Source: Mobula hypostoma (Eukaryota). From it: a stretch of 64,000 bases of DNA. The notes under the pieces are model-generated. The model was given only the letters and a program-made list of their open reading frames with translations. It was not told the origin of the DNA and did not search any database. The translations under genes and the position numbers were made by a program. Position 1 is the stretch's first letter; every line of letters begins with the position of its first letter. Positions 24,845 to 35,795 of the stretch are shown in pieces. The stretch lies in assembly GCF_963921235.1 (NCBI RefSeq), contig NC_086100.1, positions 65,038,001 to 65,102,000 of the forward strand. Direction: 5' to 3'.

Positions 24845-26360
24845 CATACAGCACAGAAACTGCCCCTTTAATCCAGTAATCAACATGCCCATCCAAGCTA
24901 GTTCCAATTGCCTGTGTTTGGCTCATAACCCTCTTAATCTTTCCTATCTATATAACTGTTCAATTGTTTTTTAAACGTTGTTATTGAATCTGCATCAACC
25001 CCTTACTCTGGGAGCATATTCCATATAGTTACCACCATCTGAGTTTAAAAAAAGTGCTCCCCCCTCCAAGTTCCTACTAAATTTTCACCTCTCACCTTAA
25101 ACCTTGATCCTGTTTATGTCCCTTATGATTTTATACTCTCTCAGTCTCCTTTGCTCAAAGGATAAAAGTCATAGCCTATCCAACCTCTCCCTATAACTCA
25201 CTCCCTTAAGTGCTGGCAACATCCTTGTATAGCTTTTCTGCACTTCTTCCAGTTTAACAGTATTTTTCTACAGCAGAGTGACTTAAAATGAGAATGATAC
25301 ACTCAAGTGCGGCCTCACCAGCGTTTAGTACAACTGCACCATGACATTCCAGCCTCTGTACTCAGTGCCCTGAATGATGGAAGCCATCATTCACCTCCTC
25401 TCTACCTGTGATTCCACTTTCAGGGAACCAAGTACCTGAACTCAAGGTCCCTCTGTTTTACACCACTCTCCAAAGCCCTACTATTCACCATGGAAGTCCT
25501 ACCTTGGTTTGACTTTCTAAATACAACATCTCTCACTTAACTGAATTAAAATCAATTTGCTATTCTGTGACCCTGTTACCCAGCTGATCAAGATTCCCCT
25601 GCAATTTTTGATCTTATTCACTATTGACAATATCACCTATTTTAGTATCATCTAGAATTTTACTAACCATGCACATGCATTCTCATCCAAATCATTAATA
25701 TAGATGAGAAACAAGAATGGGCCTAGAACTGAACCCTGAGACACACCACTAGTCATTGGTTTCCAGTCTGAAAAACAATCTTGCACCATCACCCACTGCT
25801 CCCTACCATCAAGCCAATTGAGTATCCAATTAGCTAGGCCTCCCTAGATTCCATGTGCTCTAACGTTCCAGAGCAGACTACCATGTGGAACCTTATCAAA
25901 AGGCTCACTTAACTCCATATACTGTAGATCATGCCTAATGCCCTGCCCTCAGAATATTCTCCAGTGACTTAACTACCACAGGATATTAAGTATATTGGTC
26001 TTTAGTTCCCAGGATTTTCTTTGCAGCCCTCATCAAATAAAGATAACATATTCACCACCTTTCAGTGTACTGCTACCTCACCCGTGACTAATGATGATGC
26101 ATATATCTCAGCTAAGGCTCCCACAATTCCTTCTTTAATTCCCTGGAGTATTTTTGGATATACTTGACCAGGCCCTGGAAATCTGTCTACCTTCATATGT
26201 TTCAAGACATACAGTTTCTCCTCTACTGTAAGGCAGACTATTCCCAATTCCTCCCCATTAACTTTTGCTTGTTCTGAAATCTTCATGTATTTCTCCTCAG
26301 TAAAAACTGAGAAGTATTCATTGAAACCTTGCCCATTTCCTGAGGCTCCACGCAACCTTG
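24845..26360 (-). mobile_element. Old CR1 LINE ORF2/3' fragment
   Basis: MKVDRFPGPGQVYPKIL..IVGALAEIY and downstream RT remnants. Confidence 0.8.
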
Positions 26361-26771
26361 GTCTTGTTTATTTTCAATGTTTTTCCCCAAATGTTAGCTT
26401 CTTTGGATTTATATGTGAAGTAATATGGCTATGTCCAAAAATGAATTAACATTCAAACACAGTTAACTACATTCAATACAGAGAAGTATTCATTGAAAAT
26501 TATCCAACAATTCTTTATACTGGCACATATGCATCTGAGCGATCATTCATGTTCCTCTGATGCATATCTTGCAGAACAAGTAACACAAATCATAATTAAT
26601 CTGAAAATATGTGAACTGCATGTATAAGAGGTAGGTGTGAAAATATGTAACCGGTAACAAAAATGCATATCTGAGTGTACAGGAAATTATTTTACTACAA
26701 GATCCTGGTTTATTAAAATACAACATACATATAACACTAGTCTTGGCAATACTTTATGAAATTGTGCATAC

Positions 26772-26971
26772 CTACAGTGTAGATAGGTTTCCGATATGGT
26801 AGTAGCCCAAAGTTATACTGGAAGACACCCCTGGCATGAAACAACGGCAAAGCAAACCCCATGATTTTCTGTAATCGCTCTTGGATTGTTCGAAGTGTTG
26901 ACCCTCTGGGATTGTTTACCTGATTAAAAAGTTCATTTTCCCCAAAGGAAAAGACTGGAACCAGATGTGCC
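26772..26971 (-). CDS. MOGAT1: MOGAT1 coding exon 5
   Basis: tctctttag|...|gtatgc; [15 protein letters not shown]...[33 protein letters not shown]; 200 nt. Confidence 0.97.
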
Positions 26972-27113
26972 CTAAAGAGAGATGACAATTAAGGTGCATG
27001 CAAACATTCCTGATTTAGTCATTAAAGCTTCACCCAATACTAGAATACTAGAAACACACATCAAAGTTGCTGGTGAACGCAGCAGGCCAAGCAGCATCTG
27101 TAGGAAGAGGTGC

Positions 27114-27149
27114 AGTCGACGTTTCAGGCCGAGACCCTTCGTCAGGACT
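27114..27149 (-). ncRNA. Minimal type I hammerhead ribozyme motif (intact, sense to MOGAT1 pre-mRNA)
   Basis: Minus strand AGTC CTGACGA AGGGTCTCGGCCT GAAA CGTC GACT. Confidence 0.8.
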
Positions 27150-27210
27150 AACTGAAGGAAGAGTGAGTAAGGGATCCACTCACTATCCCTTACTCACTCT
27201 TCCTTCAGTT

Positions 27211-27246
27211 AGTCCTGATGAAGGGTCTTGGCCTGAAACGTCGACT
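27211..27246 (+). ncRNA. Minimal type I hammerhead ribozyme motif (intact)
   Basis: AGTC CTGATGA AGGGTCTTGGCCT GAAA CGTC GACT. Confidence 0.8.
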
Positions 27247-27789
27247 GCACCTCTTCCTACAGATGCTGCTTGGCCTGCTGCGTTCACCAGCAACTTTGAT
27301 GTGTGTTGCTTGAATTTCCAGCATCTGCAGAATTCCTGTTGTTTGCACTAGAATACTAGAATACACTAGCTAAATAAGACCTAACACAATAGAATGCACA
27401 AAGTTAAGGTGTAAAACTTGGTTTCCTTGATAGTATTAAACAGGAAAAATATTTTTTAAAGTGTTTATTATTTCTTGGATTCAGACCCTCAGAGTACTGC
27501 CTGCAACTTAATTTCAGAGATGGGCTGATTTCCTGAACTGTACTGTTTCCAAGGATGAGGGATTTCATCCATAAAGTTACACTAGAGAAGATGGCCTGTT
27601 CATCTTGTATCAAAGGAGAATCATGGTGTAAAATAGAGGAAAATTGTGCCCCAGTATTAGAAGGATCAAAATTAAACAACACAGATTTAAAATTTTGGAT
27701 TACAGATACTGAGAGGAGAGAGAAAACTATTCTATAAACACAAGATATTTTATTTTATTCAGAGTGGTTGGGATCTGGAAATTTTGATC

Positions 27790-28735
27790 ATGGAGTCACA
27801 GAACAGGGAATTGGCTCTTCAGCCCAAACAGTCCATCCCAAACAAGCTTCCAGGCTGAATTTGTTCTATTTGCATACATTTGGCCCATTACCTTTCCTAC
27901 CCACATACCCGTCCAGGTTCCTTTTAAATGTTGTAAACGTACCTGCCTCTGTCACTTTTTCTGGCAGTTCATTCCACCCTCTGTTTGAAAAATGTTGCTC
28001 CTCAGGATCCTATTAACTCTTTCGCTTCTCACCCTAAAATTATCACCTTTAGTCCTTGATTCCCCAACCTTGGCTTCAAGACTGCCTGCATTCACCCTAT
28101 CTATGCCCTTCATGATTTTATACACCCCTGTAAGATTACCCCTCATTTTCCTACACTCAGTAAATAAAGTTCCAACCTGCTCAACCTTTCTCCGTAACTC
28201 AATCACTCAAGTCCCGGCAGCTTCCAATCTCCTCTGCCTTCTTTCTAGCTAAATAGCATGTTTCCTATAGCAGGGTGATGAAACATATTCCAAATGCCTT
28301 ACGAGAATAGGTTGAGTGAACTCGGCCTTTTCTCCTTGGAGCGACGGAGGATGAGAAGTGACCTGACGGAGGTGTATAAGATGATGAGAGGCATTGATTG
28401 TGTGGATAGTCAGAGGGCCGAAATGGCTGCCACAAGAGGACACAGGTTTAAGGTGCTGGGGAGTAGGTACAGAGGAGATATCAGGGGCAAGTTTTTTTAC
28501 TCCGAGAGTGGTGAGTGTGTGGAATGGGCTGCCGGCATTGGTGGCAGAGGCAGATACGATAGGGTCTTTTAAGAGACTTTTGGATAGGTACATGGAGCTT
28601 AGAAAAATAGAGGGCTATAGGTAAGCCTAGTCATTTCTAAGGTAGGGAAATGTCCGGCACAACTTTGCGAGCCGAAGGGCCTGTATTGTGCTGTAGGTTT
28701 TCTATGTTTCTATGTAAATGCAACCTCCCCAATAG
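27790..28735. mobile_element. Old minus-strand CR1 3' fragment with a younger plus-strand CR1 3' end (~28296-28715) nested in it
   Basis: RGNLTGVYKIMKGIDRV (-); YENRLSELGLFSLERRRMRSDLTEVYKMMRG (+) with a (TTCTATGT)n tail. Confidence 0.8.
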
Positions 28736-29409
28736 TTTGTAGGTGTACTCACTTATTTGAATGCCTGAATCTGTTAGTTCTGGATATCACCCTAGAGTAA
28801 AGTGGCAGGGCCCAATTCCAGCTATTTTAGAGCTTAGGCAAAATTTTGGTAAGTGAAACAGACTGAAGTACTTGAAAAGTAAACAAGTGGAACAAGGCAG
28901 GAAAGGAAAAGTGATCTTATCAAAGTTGGTAAGAAGAAACAAATATAGAATATCTTGCAAACTGTGAACATAAAACTCAGTAACCTAGAACTTCTTTGGT
29001 GCTTTAAAAAGAAGGCAACAGGAAGTTATATTTCTTACACAATATGTCAAATTAATTTTGCAAGTCCTGGAACAGCTTGCACATTCTTTAGGAAATTGAG
29101 TAAGAAGCACATATTTTAAACATTATCTCTACTCATAGTGACAGTTCTCAAATTGACATTTGGTAGAAGGCATGGTAAACATTCAGAAACTAATGAACGA
29201 TCATGTCACTGGAAGTAGACCTCAAGGGCAACGGTTGATGTATTTATCCATTGTCTTTCCCAACACCAATCCAAGAGAAGACATTGGGAATTCAAGGTCT
29301 CACACTGGCATTCTATTTTTGGATAAATATCTTTTGTAGGGCATCAAACCACTGAACTTGAAATGCAAAATGCTAATACAAAGGAAGAGCAAACAACGTG
29401 AATAGGAAT

Positions 29410-31448
29410 GTGAAGAGCAAAGTGAATAGGAATAAGGAACCTTGGTTCTCAAGGGATATTGCAACTCTGATAAAGAAGAAGAGGGAGTTGTATGACATGT
29501 ATAGGAAGCAGGGAGTAAATAAGGTGCTTGAGGAGTATAAGAAGTGCAAGAAAATACTTAAGAAAGAAATCAGGAGTGCTAAAAGACATGAGGTTGCCTT
29601 GGCAGTCAAAGTGGAGGATAATCCAAAGAGCTTTTACAGGTATATTAAGAGCAAAAGGATTGTAAGGGATAAAATTGGTCCTCTTGAAGATCAGAGTGGT
29701 TGCCTATGTGCGGAACCAAAGGAAATGGGGGAGATCTTAAATAGGTTTTTTGCGTCTGTATTTACTAAGGAAACTGGCATGAAGTCTATGGAATTAGGGG
29801 AAACAAGTAGTGAGATCATGGAAACTGTACAGATCGAAAAGGAGGAGGTCCTTGCTGTCTTGAGGAAAATTAAAGTGGATAAATCCCCGGGACCTGACAG
29901 GGTGTTCCCTCGGACCTTGGAGGAGACTGGTGTTGAAATTGCAGGGGCCCTGGCAGAAATATTTAAAATGTCGCTGTCTACAGGTGAGGTGCCAGAGGAT
30001 TGGAGAGTGGCTCATGTTGTTCCGTTGTTCAAAAAAGGATCGAAAAGTAATCCGGGAAATTATAGGCCGGTAAGTTTAATGTCGGTAGTAGGTAAGTTAT
30101 TGGAGGAAGTACTAAGAGACAGAATCTACAAGCATTTGGATAGACAGGAACTTATCAGGGAGAGTCAACATGGCTTTGTGCGTGGCAGGTCATGTTTGAC
30201 CAATCTACTGGAGTTTTTCGAGGAGGTTACCAGGAAAGTGGATGAAGGGAAGGCAGTGGATATTGTCCACATGGACTTCAGTAAGGCCTTTGACAAGGTC
30301 CCCCATGGGAGGTTAGTTAGGAAAATTCAGTTGCTAGGTATACATTGAGAGGTGGTAAACTGGATTAGACATTGGCTCGATGGAAGAAGCCAAAGAGTGG
30401 TAGTAGAGAATTGCTTCTCCGAGTGGAGGCCTGTGACTAGTGGTGTGCCACAGGGATCAGTGCTGGGTCCATTGTTATTTGTCATCTATATCAATGATCT
30501 GGATGATAATGTGGTAAATTGGATCAGCAAATTTGCTGATGATACAAAGATTTGCGGTGTAGTAGACAGCGAGGAAGGTTTTTAGAGCCTGCAGAGGGAC
30601 CTGGACCAGCTGGAAAAATGGGCTGAAAAATGGCAGATGGAGTTTAATGCAGACAAGTGTGAGGTATTGCACGTTGGAAGGACAAACCAAGGTAGAACAT
30701 ACAGGGTTAATGGTAAGGCACTGAGGAGTGCAGTGGAACAGAGGGATCTGGGAATACAGATACAAAATTCCCTAAAAGTGGCAGCACAGGTAGATAGGGT
30801 CGTAAAGGGAGCTTTTGGTACATTAGCCTTTATTAATCAAAGTATTGAGTATAAGAGCTGGAATGTTATGATGAGGTTGTATAAGGCATTGGTGAGGCCG
30901 AATCTGGAGTATTGTGTTCAGTTTTGGTCACCAAATTACAGGAAGGATATAAATAAGGTTGAAAGAGTGCAGAGAAGGTTTACAAGGTTGTTGCCGGGAC
31001 TTGAGAAAGTCAGTTACAGAGAAAGTTTGAATAGGTTAGGATTTTATTCCCTGGAGCGTAGAAGAATGAGGGGAGATTTGATAGAGGTATATAAAATTAT
31101 GATGGGTATAGATAGAGTGAATGCAAGCAGGCTTTTCCCACTGAGGCATGGGGAGAAAAAAACCAGAGGACATGGGTTAAGGGTGAGGGGGGACAAGTTT
31201 AAAGGGAACATTAGGGAACATTCTTCACACAGAGAGTGCTGGGAGTATGGAATGAGCTGCCAGACGAGGTGGTAAATGCGGGTTCTTTTTTAACATTTAA
31301 GAATAAATTGGACAGATACATGGATGGGAGGTGTATGGAGGGATATGGTCTGTGTGCAGGTCAGTGGGACTAGGCAGAAAATGGTTCAGCACAGCCAAGA
31401 AGGGCCAAAAGGCCTGTTTCTGTGCTGTAGTTTCTATGGTTCTATGGT
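29410..31448 (+). mobile_element. Young 5'-truncated CR1 LINE, ORF2 RT region, in MOGAT1 intron 4
   Basis: [44 protein letters not shown]. Only two in-frame stops (30346, 30583) plus a late frameshift. (TTCTATGG)n tail. Confidence 0.95.
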
Positions 31449-31625
31449 AATGGGAAAAACAATGTATTTTCAGTTTCACAGCAAAGAAATTTTAATATGA
31501 GTATAGAAATTTTGCTGCAATTGTATCATGGTGAAGTGTCCACCCCGGATTAGAGTGTGCAGTTCTGGACCTGTGAAAATGTACAGATTAACATTCACAT
31601 TACAAAAAAGATACATTACAATCAT

Positions 31626-31790
31626 AAACACAAGAGATTCTGCAGACGCTGGAAATCCCGAGCAACACACACAAAATGCTGATGGAAATCAGCAGGTCAA
31701 GCAGCATCTATGGAATTGAATAACCAGTCAACATCTTGGGCGAAGACCCTTCATCAGTACTGGAAAAGAAAGGGAAAGAAACCAGAATAA
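31626..31790 (-). mobile_element. Older Penelope terminal-repeat fragment with decayed hammerhead
   Basis: AAACACAAGAGATTCTGCAGACGCTGGAAAT...GACCCTTCATCAG. Confidence 0.75.
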
Positions 31791-32027
31791 GGATGTGCCT
31801 CCCCCCAGTTTATTTATTCAGTTGGCCCCTAATTAAAGAATTGCCAATTAGTCAAAATACAGAATAACTATCAATCCTTTGGAACAATATAACAAAATTC
31901 ATTACTTTTCAAATAGATGGGGGAAAAAATTAGGCTCACAAAATGTTAACTATCCTCTTATTGAGTGATAATACTTCTGAACATTCATTCGTAGGCAATA
32001 TTTTCCCCACACAGTTAGTTTACATAC

Positions 32028-32202
32028 CCACATTTTATAGCCAATTTAATAAATCCCTTCCTGTTCATGATTCTCAAAGTTAGTGCTCCAGGCCTTGCAT
32101 CCAGAGATTCCTCAGCACCGCCTACTACAATGACAGCCACGTTACCACCTTCCTTCCTGCTTAGGATGTGAGAAGCACTGCTCTTCACAGACGAGACCAA
32201 AC
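32028..32202 (-). CDS. MOGAT1: MOGAT1 coding exon 4
   Basis: gattttag|...|gtatgt; [39 protein letters not shown]...[12 protein letters not shown]; 175 nt. Confidence 0.97.
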
Positions 32203-33274
32203 CTAAAATCAGACAGAAAATAATCTTTATCAGTTAAATAAAATGCACTTTAGTGTCATACAGCACAGAAAGGGGCCTGTCAGTCACTAGTTCCATGCTG
32301 ACTATCATACACTGAGCTTCTGCTTAACTCTATTGCCTTTGCACCCACTTTCCAGCACTTTATAGTGGGTAAGGTGGGGGAAGTGTCATGGTTAAATCAT
32401 GGAGAGATAGGGAAAAGTGGGGAGGCAAGCCAGGAGTTGGTGAAATCAAGGGAATGGACTGGAAAACAAACTTCTCAAGTGACCCCTGAACTATGGTTAT
32501 TCAAGTTACAGAAATTTGCTTTTATAGAATTCACAAATTGCGACACAGAAGTTTGAGATAGATAATAGAATCTGTTCGTGAAATCTGTATGGGAACAAAG
32601 TAAATACATCACTCAAAACTTGCTTCTACAAATTACATCCCTGGATACATGAATGGATGACACAGCTTCATGTTACTGAAATACACAATACAATCCATTT
32701 TCTAGGAATGTAACTCCCTGTACCCCCACCCACCCCCAACTGCTATTGAGTCACCTGTACTTGGAACTAGGAAAAAGGGTGGTGCCCTTTCCTCCACAGG
32801 ACAAATAAGCAGTGTTATATATCAATTAACCTTGACACCTCTATTCAACTGCTGGATTTCCAAAGCTTGGAAAACCCCAGTTTTTGGCATGACGATGAAA
32901 CTACTTAATTCAGCCACTTATCTCTAAACAGCCAGTTAGAAATACACACCCCAATACTCTTTGTTAAATATATTCCTTGTAATCCATTACAGTCAGGTTT
33001 TGCTGTTATGACTTTTAAAACTCCCTTCCCCTTCTCCTCTGAGCACCTCCCCACAATGATCACTAGTCCTGTTGATGTAAAATTATTCCAAGAAACCTTG
33101 CTGTTTAGCGTGCCACTCTTACTCTTTCTACCTTGCTTCAATGTTACTAATTAGATATGTGAAACAAATATAGCACCTAATAAAGTGCTCAATGTTGATC
33201 ACTGACAAAACTTCCACCTAATGGAACTGTAGGAGAGTTTAACGGCAGACAAGTATAAATGAGCTTTAATCTAC

Positions 33275-34470
33275 ATTTTGAATCAATAACTCCAAGACCT
33301 TGGCCTCCAAGCCTCCTTGTGCAATTTTATCCTCGATTTCCTCACTTACAGACCCCAGTCAGTTCATATTGGCCACAACATCTCTTCCACGATCTGCATC
33401 AGCACAGGTGCACCACAAGGCTGTGTGCTTAGCTCCCTGCTCTATTCGTATGATAATTATGACTGGGTGGTTAAAGCACTGCTCCAATGTCGTATTTAAG
33501 TTTGCTGATGACACCTCTGTCGTAGGCCAAATCAAAGGTGATGATGAATAAGCACATCGGAGGGAGTTTGAAAATCTGTCTGAGTGGTGTCATTACAACA
33601 AATTCTCACTCACTATCAGCAAGAACAAAGAGCTGATTATTGACTTCTGGAGAAAGAAACCAGAGGTCCGTGAGGCAGCCTTCATCGGGGGAATCAGAGG
33701 TGGAGAGGGTCAGGAACTTTAAACTCCGTGGCGTTATTATTTCAGAGGACCTGTCTTTTTGGAGGACCAGCACGGAAGTCCAATTATGAAGAAAGCACAA
33801 CAGCGCCTCGACTTTCTTCAGAGGTCACGGAGTTTCAGCATGCCATCTAAAACCTTGACACACTTCTACATACGTGTAGTAGAGAGTATATTGACCGGCT
33901 GCATCACAGCCTGGTATGGGCCTTTGAATGGAAAATCCCACGAAAAGTAGTGGATAGAGCCCAATCCATCATGGGTAAAGACCTCCCCACCACTGAGCAT
34001 GTCTACATAGAGCACTGTCACAGGAAAGCAGCATCCATCATCAGGCACACCACCCTGGACATGCTCTCTTCTCGCTGCTGCCATGAGAAAGGTGATACAA
34101 GAGCTTCAGGGTTCACACTACCAGGTTCAGGAACAGATATGACCTCTCATCCGTCAAGCTCTTGAACCAAAGAAGATAACTTCAACCAACTTCTCTTACT
34201 TCATCATTGAAATGTTCCCACAAGCAATGGACTCAATTTCAAGGACTCTTCATCTCACGTTCTGGATATTTATTGCTTGTTTATTTATTATTATTTGTTT
34301 CTTTTTGTATTTTCACAGTTCGTTATCTTCTACATTCTGGTTGAATGCCAAAGTTGGCTCTTTCATTGATTTTATTATGGTTATTATTCTATAGATTTAT
34401 TGAGATTGCCAACAAGAAGATGAATCTCAGAATTGTATATGGTGACTTTGATAATAAATTTTGAACTTAG
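33275..34470 (+). mobile_element. Rex1/Babar-type LINE 3' part
   Basis: [35 protein letters not shown] and 3'UTR. Confidence 0.85.
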
Positions 34471-34628
34471 AGTTGTCTGAATTATAAGTTCATGCTACTT
34501 CTAAAATGCTCCTCAAATAATTTATCAATAAAGTAATAATACACTGTCATTTTCATAGATCACAGGCATGCAAAAATCAAGCTAAGAATATTTTGCTATT
34601 TTTAAAATTGTATGTGTTTGACCATTAC

Positions 34629-34833
34629 CTCCACACATGATGTATTCCCTGTAAAAAGGAATCTTGAACCAGAAAGGCAGCACACATAGGTACGGTGTCA
34701 AACCTGGAAACAAATTCTGAAAGTTCGTAGTCTCACTGCAAAAGTTTGCAAAAGCTCCAGCTACAAGCACCCCATGAGGATGAAATCCAAACAGATAGTT
34801 GTATTTTGGATCCAAAGAAGTTGTTTTTGTAAG
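34629..34833 (-). CDS. MOGAT1: MOGAT1 coding exon 3 (catalytic HPHG motif)
   Basis: ttataag|CTT...|gtaatg; LTKTTSLDPKYNYLFGFHPHGVLVAGAFANF...FYREYIMCG; 205 nt. Confidence 0.97.
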
Positions 34834-35158
34834 CTTATAACAAAGAGAAATCAGAATTAGTGCCATCAGCCAATGCAATTATGATACAGCTTCAACTGTA
34901 CAGTAGTGTTTCAGAATATGAACGTTCACATTAAATAATTCACGAGACAATGGAGGATATAGAAAGCTCTTTCTTTCACCACAGTTAAATAAAATATATT
35001 TTTTGAAACAAACCTAAAAGTAGCAAAGTAGTAAAAGATTCAATGTTTTAATCCGAATTTTGTTAAAGCATAAATGATCTTGCTGATAAACACACTTGTA
35101 CTATTTTGACTCTGGTTCAAATCCATTCTCAATTCATCTTTGTTAACTGATGCAAATA

Positions 35159-35795
35159 CAGTGTATTCCAGATAATTGGGCCATCGGACAGCTCATAAAA
35201 AACAAAACTAATACAGAAAATACACCAATTAATTGGGACAGGGGACTGTTGCCAAACAGTTTTTAACTGTCATCTGTCATGTGCAGTTGTGTGGCCTTTG
35301 AACACTATGGAGCAAGAAGTTTTGAAATAGCATTAGTTGCGTGCGCTCATGTTATGTTATCCATTTGGGCCAATGGATGCCAATACAAAAAGTTGTGATT
35401 TCTTTTTTGACTTTATGCAGGAAGGCAACTCAGACAGTCAATTATCTACAATAGTTATCAGCACTGATTTTGTTCATTTACAATTGATCAAAAGCACACG
35501 GCAGCATACACTGGATAAATTCCTCTGTCAATAACTATCAAGAATTATACATAGTTTTATAGTACTGTAGTAATATTGATAGTATTTTAACTATTTCTGT
35601 ATTTCATTTAAATACATAATTTATTACTCAGTTAAAATTGTAATATGCTGCTTGACATATTAGATCAAAATGATACAGTTTGTTTTTTTTTATACCTTTT
35701 AAATATTTCAACGAAACTTCAGTTTATTGGGGCAGTTGCTTAATTGAACCAAAATGTACTGGTCCTGATGTGTCACAATTAACTGGAATCCACTG
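35159..35795 (+). mobile_element. Tigger-like non-autonomous DNA transposon
   Basis: TA|CAGTGTATTCCAG...CTGGAATCCACTG|TA inverted termini. Confidence 0.8.

Larger units (their letters stand above)
27054..27346. mobile_element. Short fold-back Penelope-derived insertion (~120-bp stem, 9-nt loop) in MOGAT1 intron 4
   Basis: Arms 27054-27175 and 27185-~27306 are near-perfect reverse complements. 15-bp TSD ACTAGAATACTAGAA at 27039-27053 and 27347-27361. Confidence 0.93.

Noticed and set aside
26309-26498. 18-bp direct repeat GAGAAGTATTCATTGAAA ~170 nt apart
   Set aside because: Only two copies, one within a CR1 remnant; no array or element structure supported.
27054-27346. MITE/DNA-transposon interpretation of the palindromes
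   Set aside because: TSDs are long and variable (13-15 bp), termini are asymmetric, junctions are unique, and arms extend into GIY-YIG coding sequence in longer copies.
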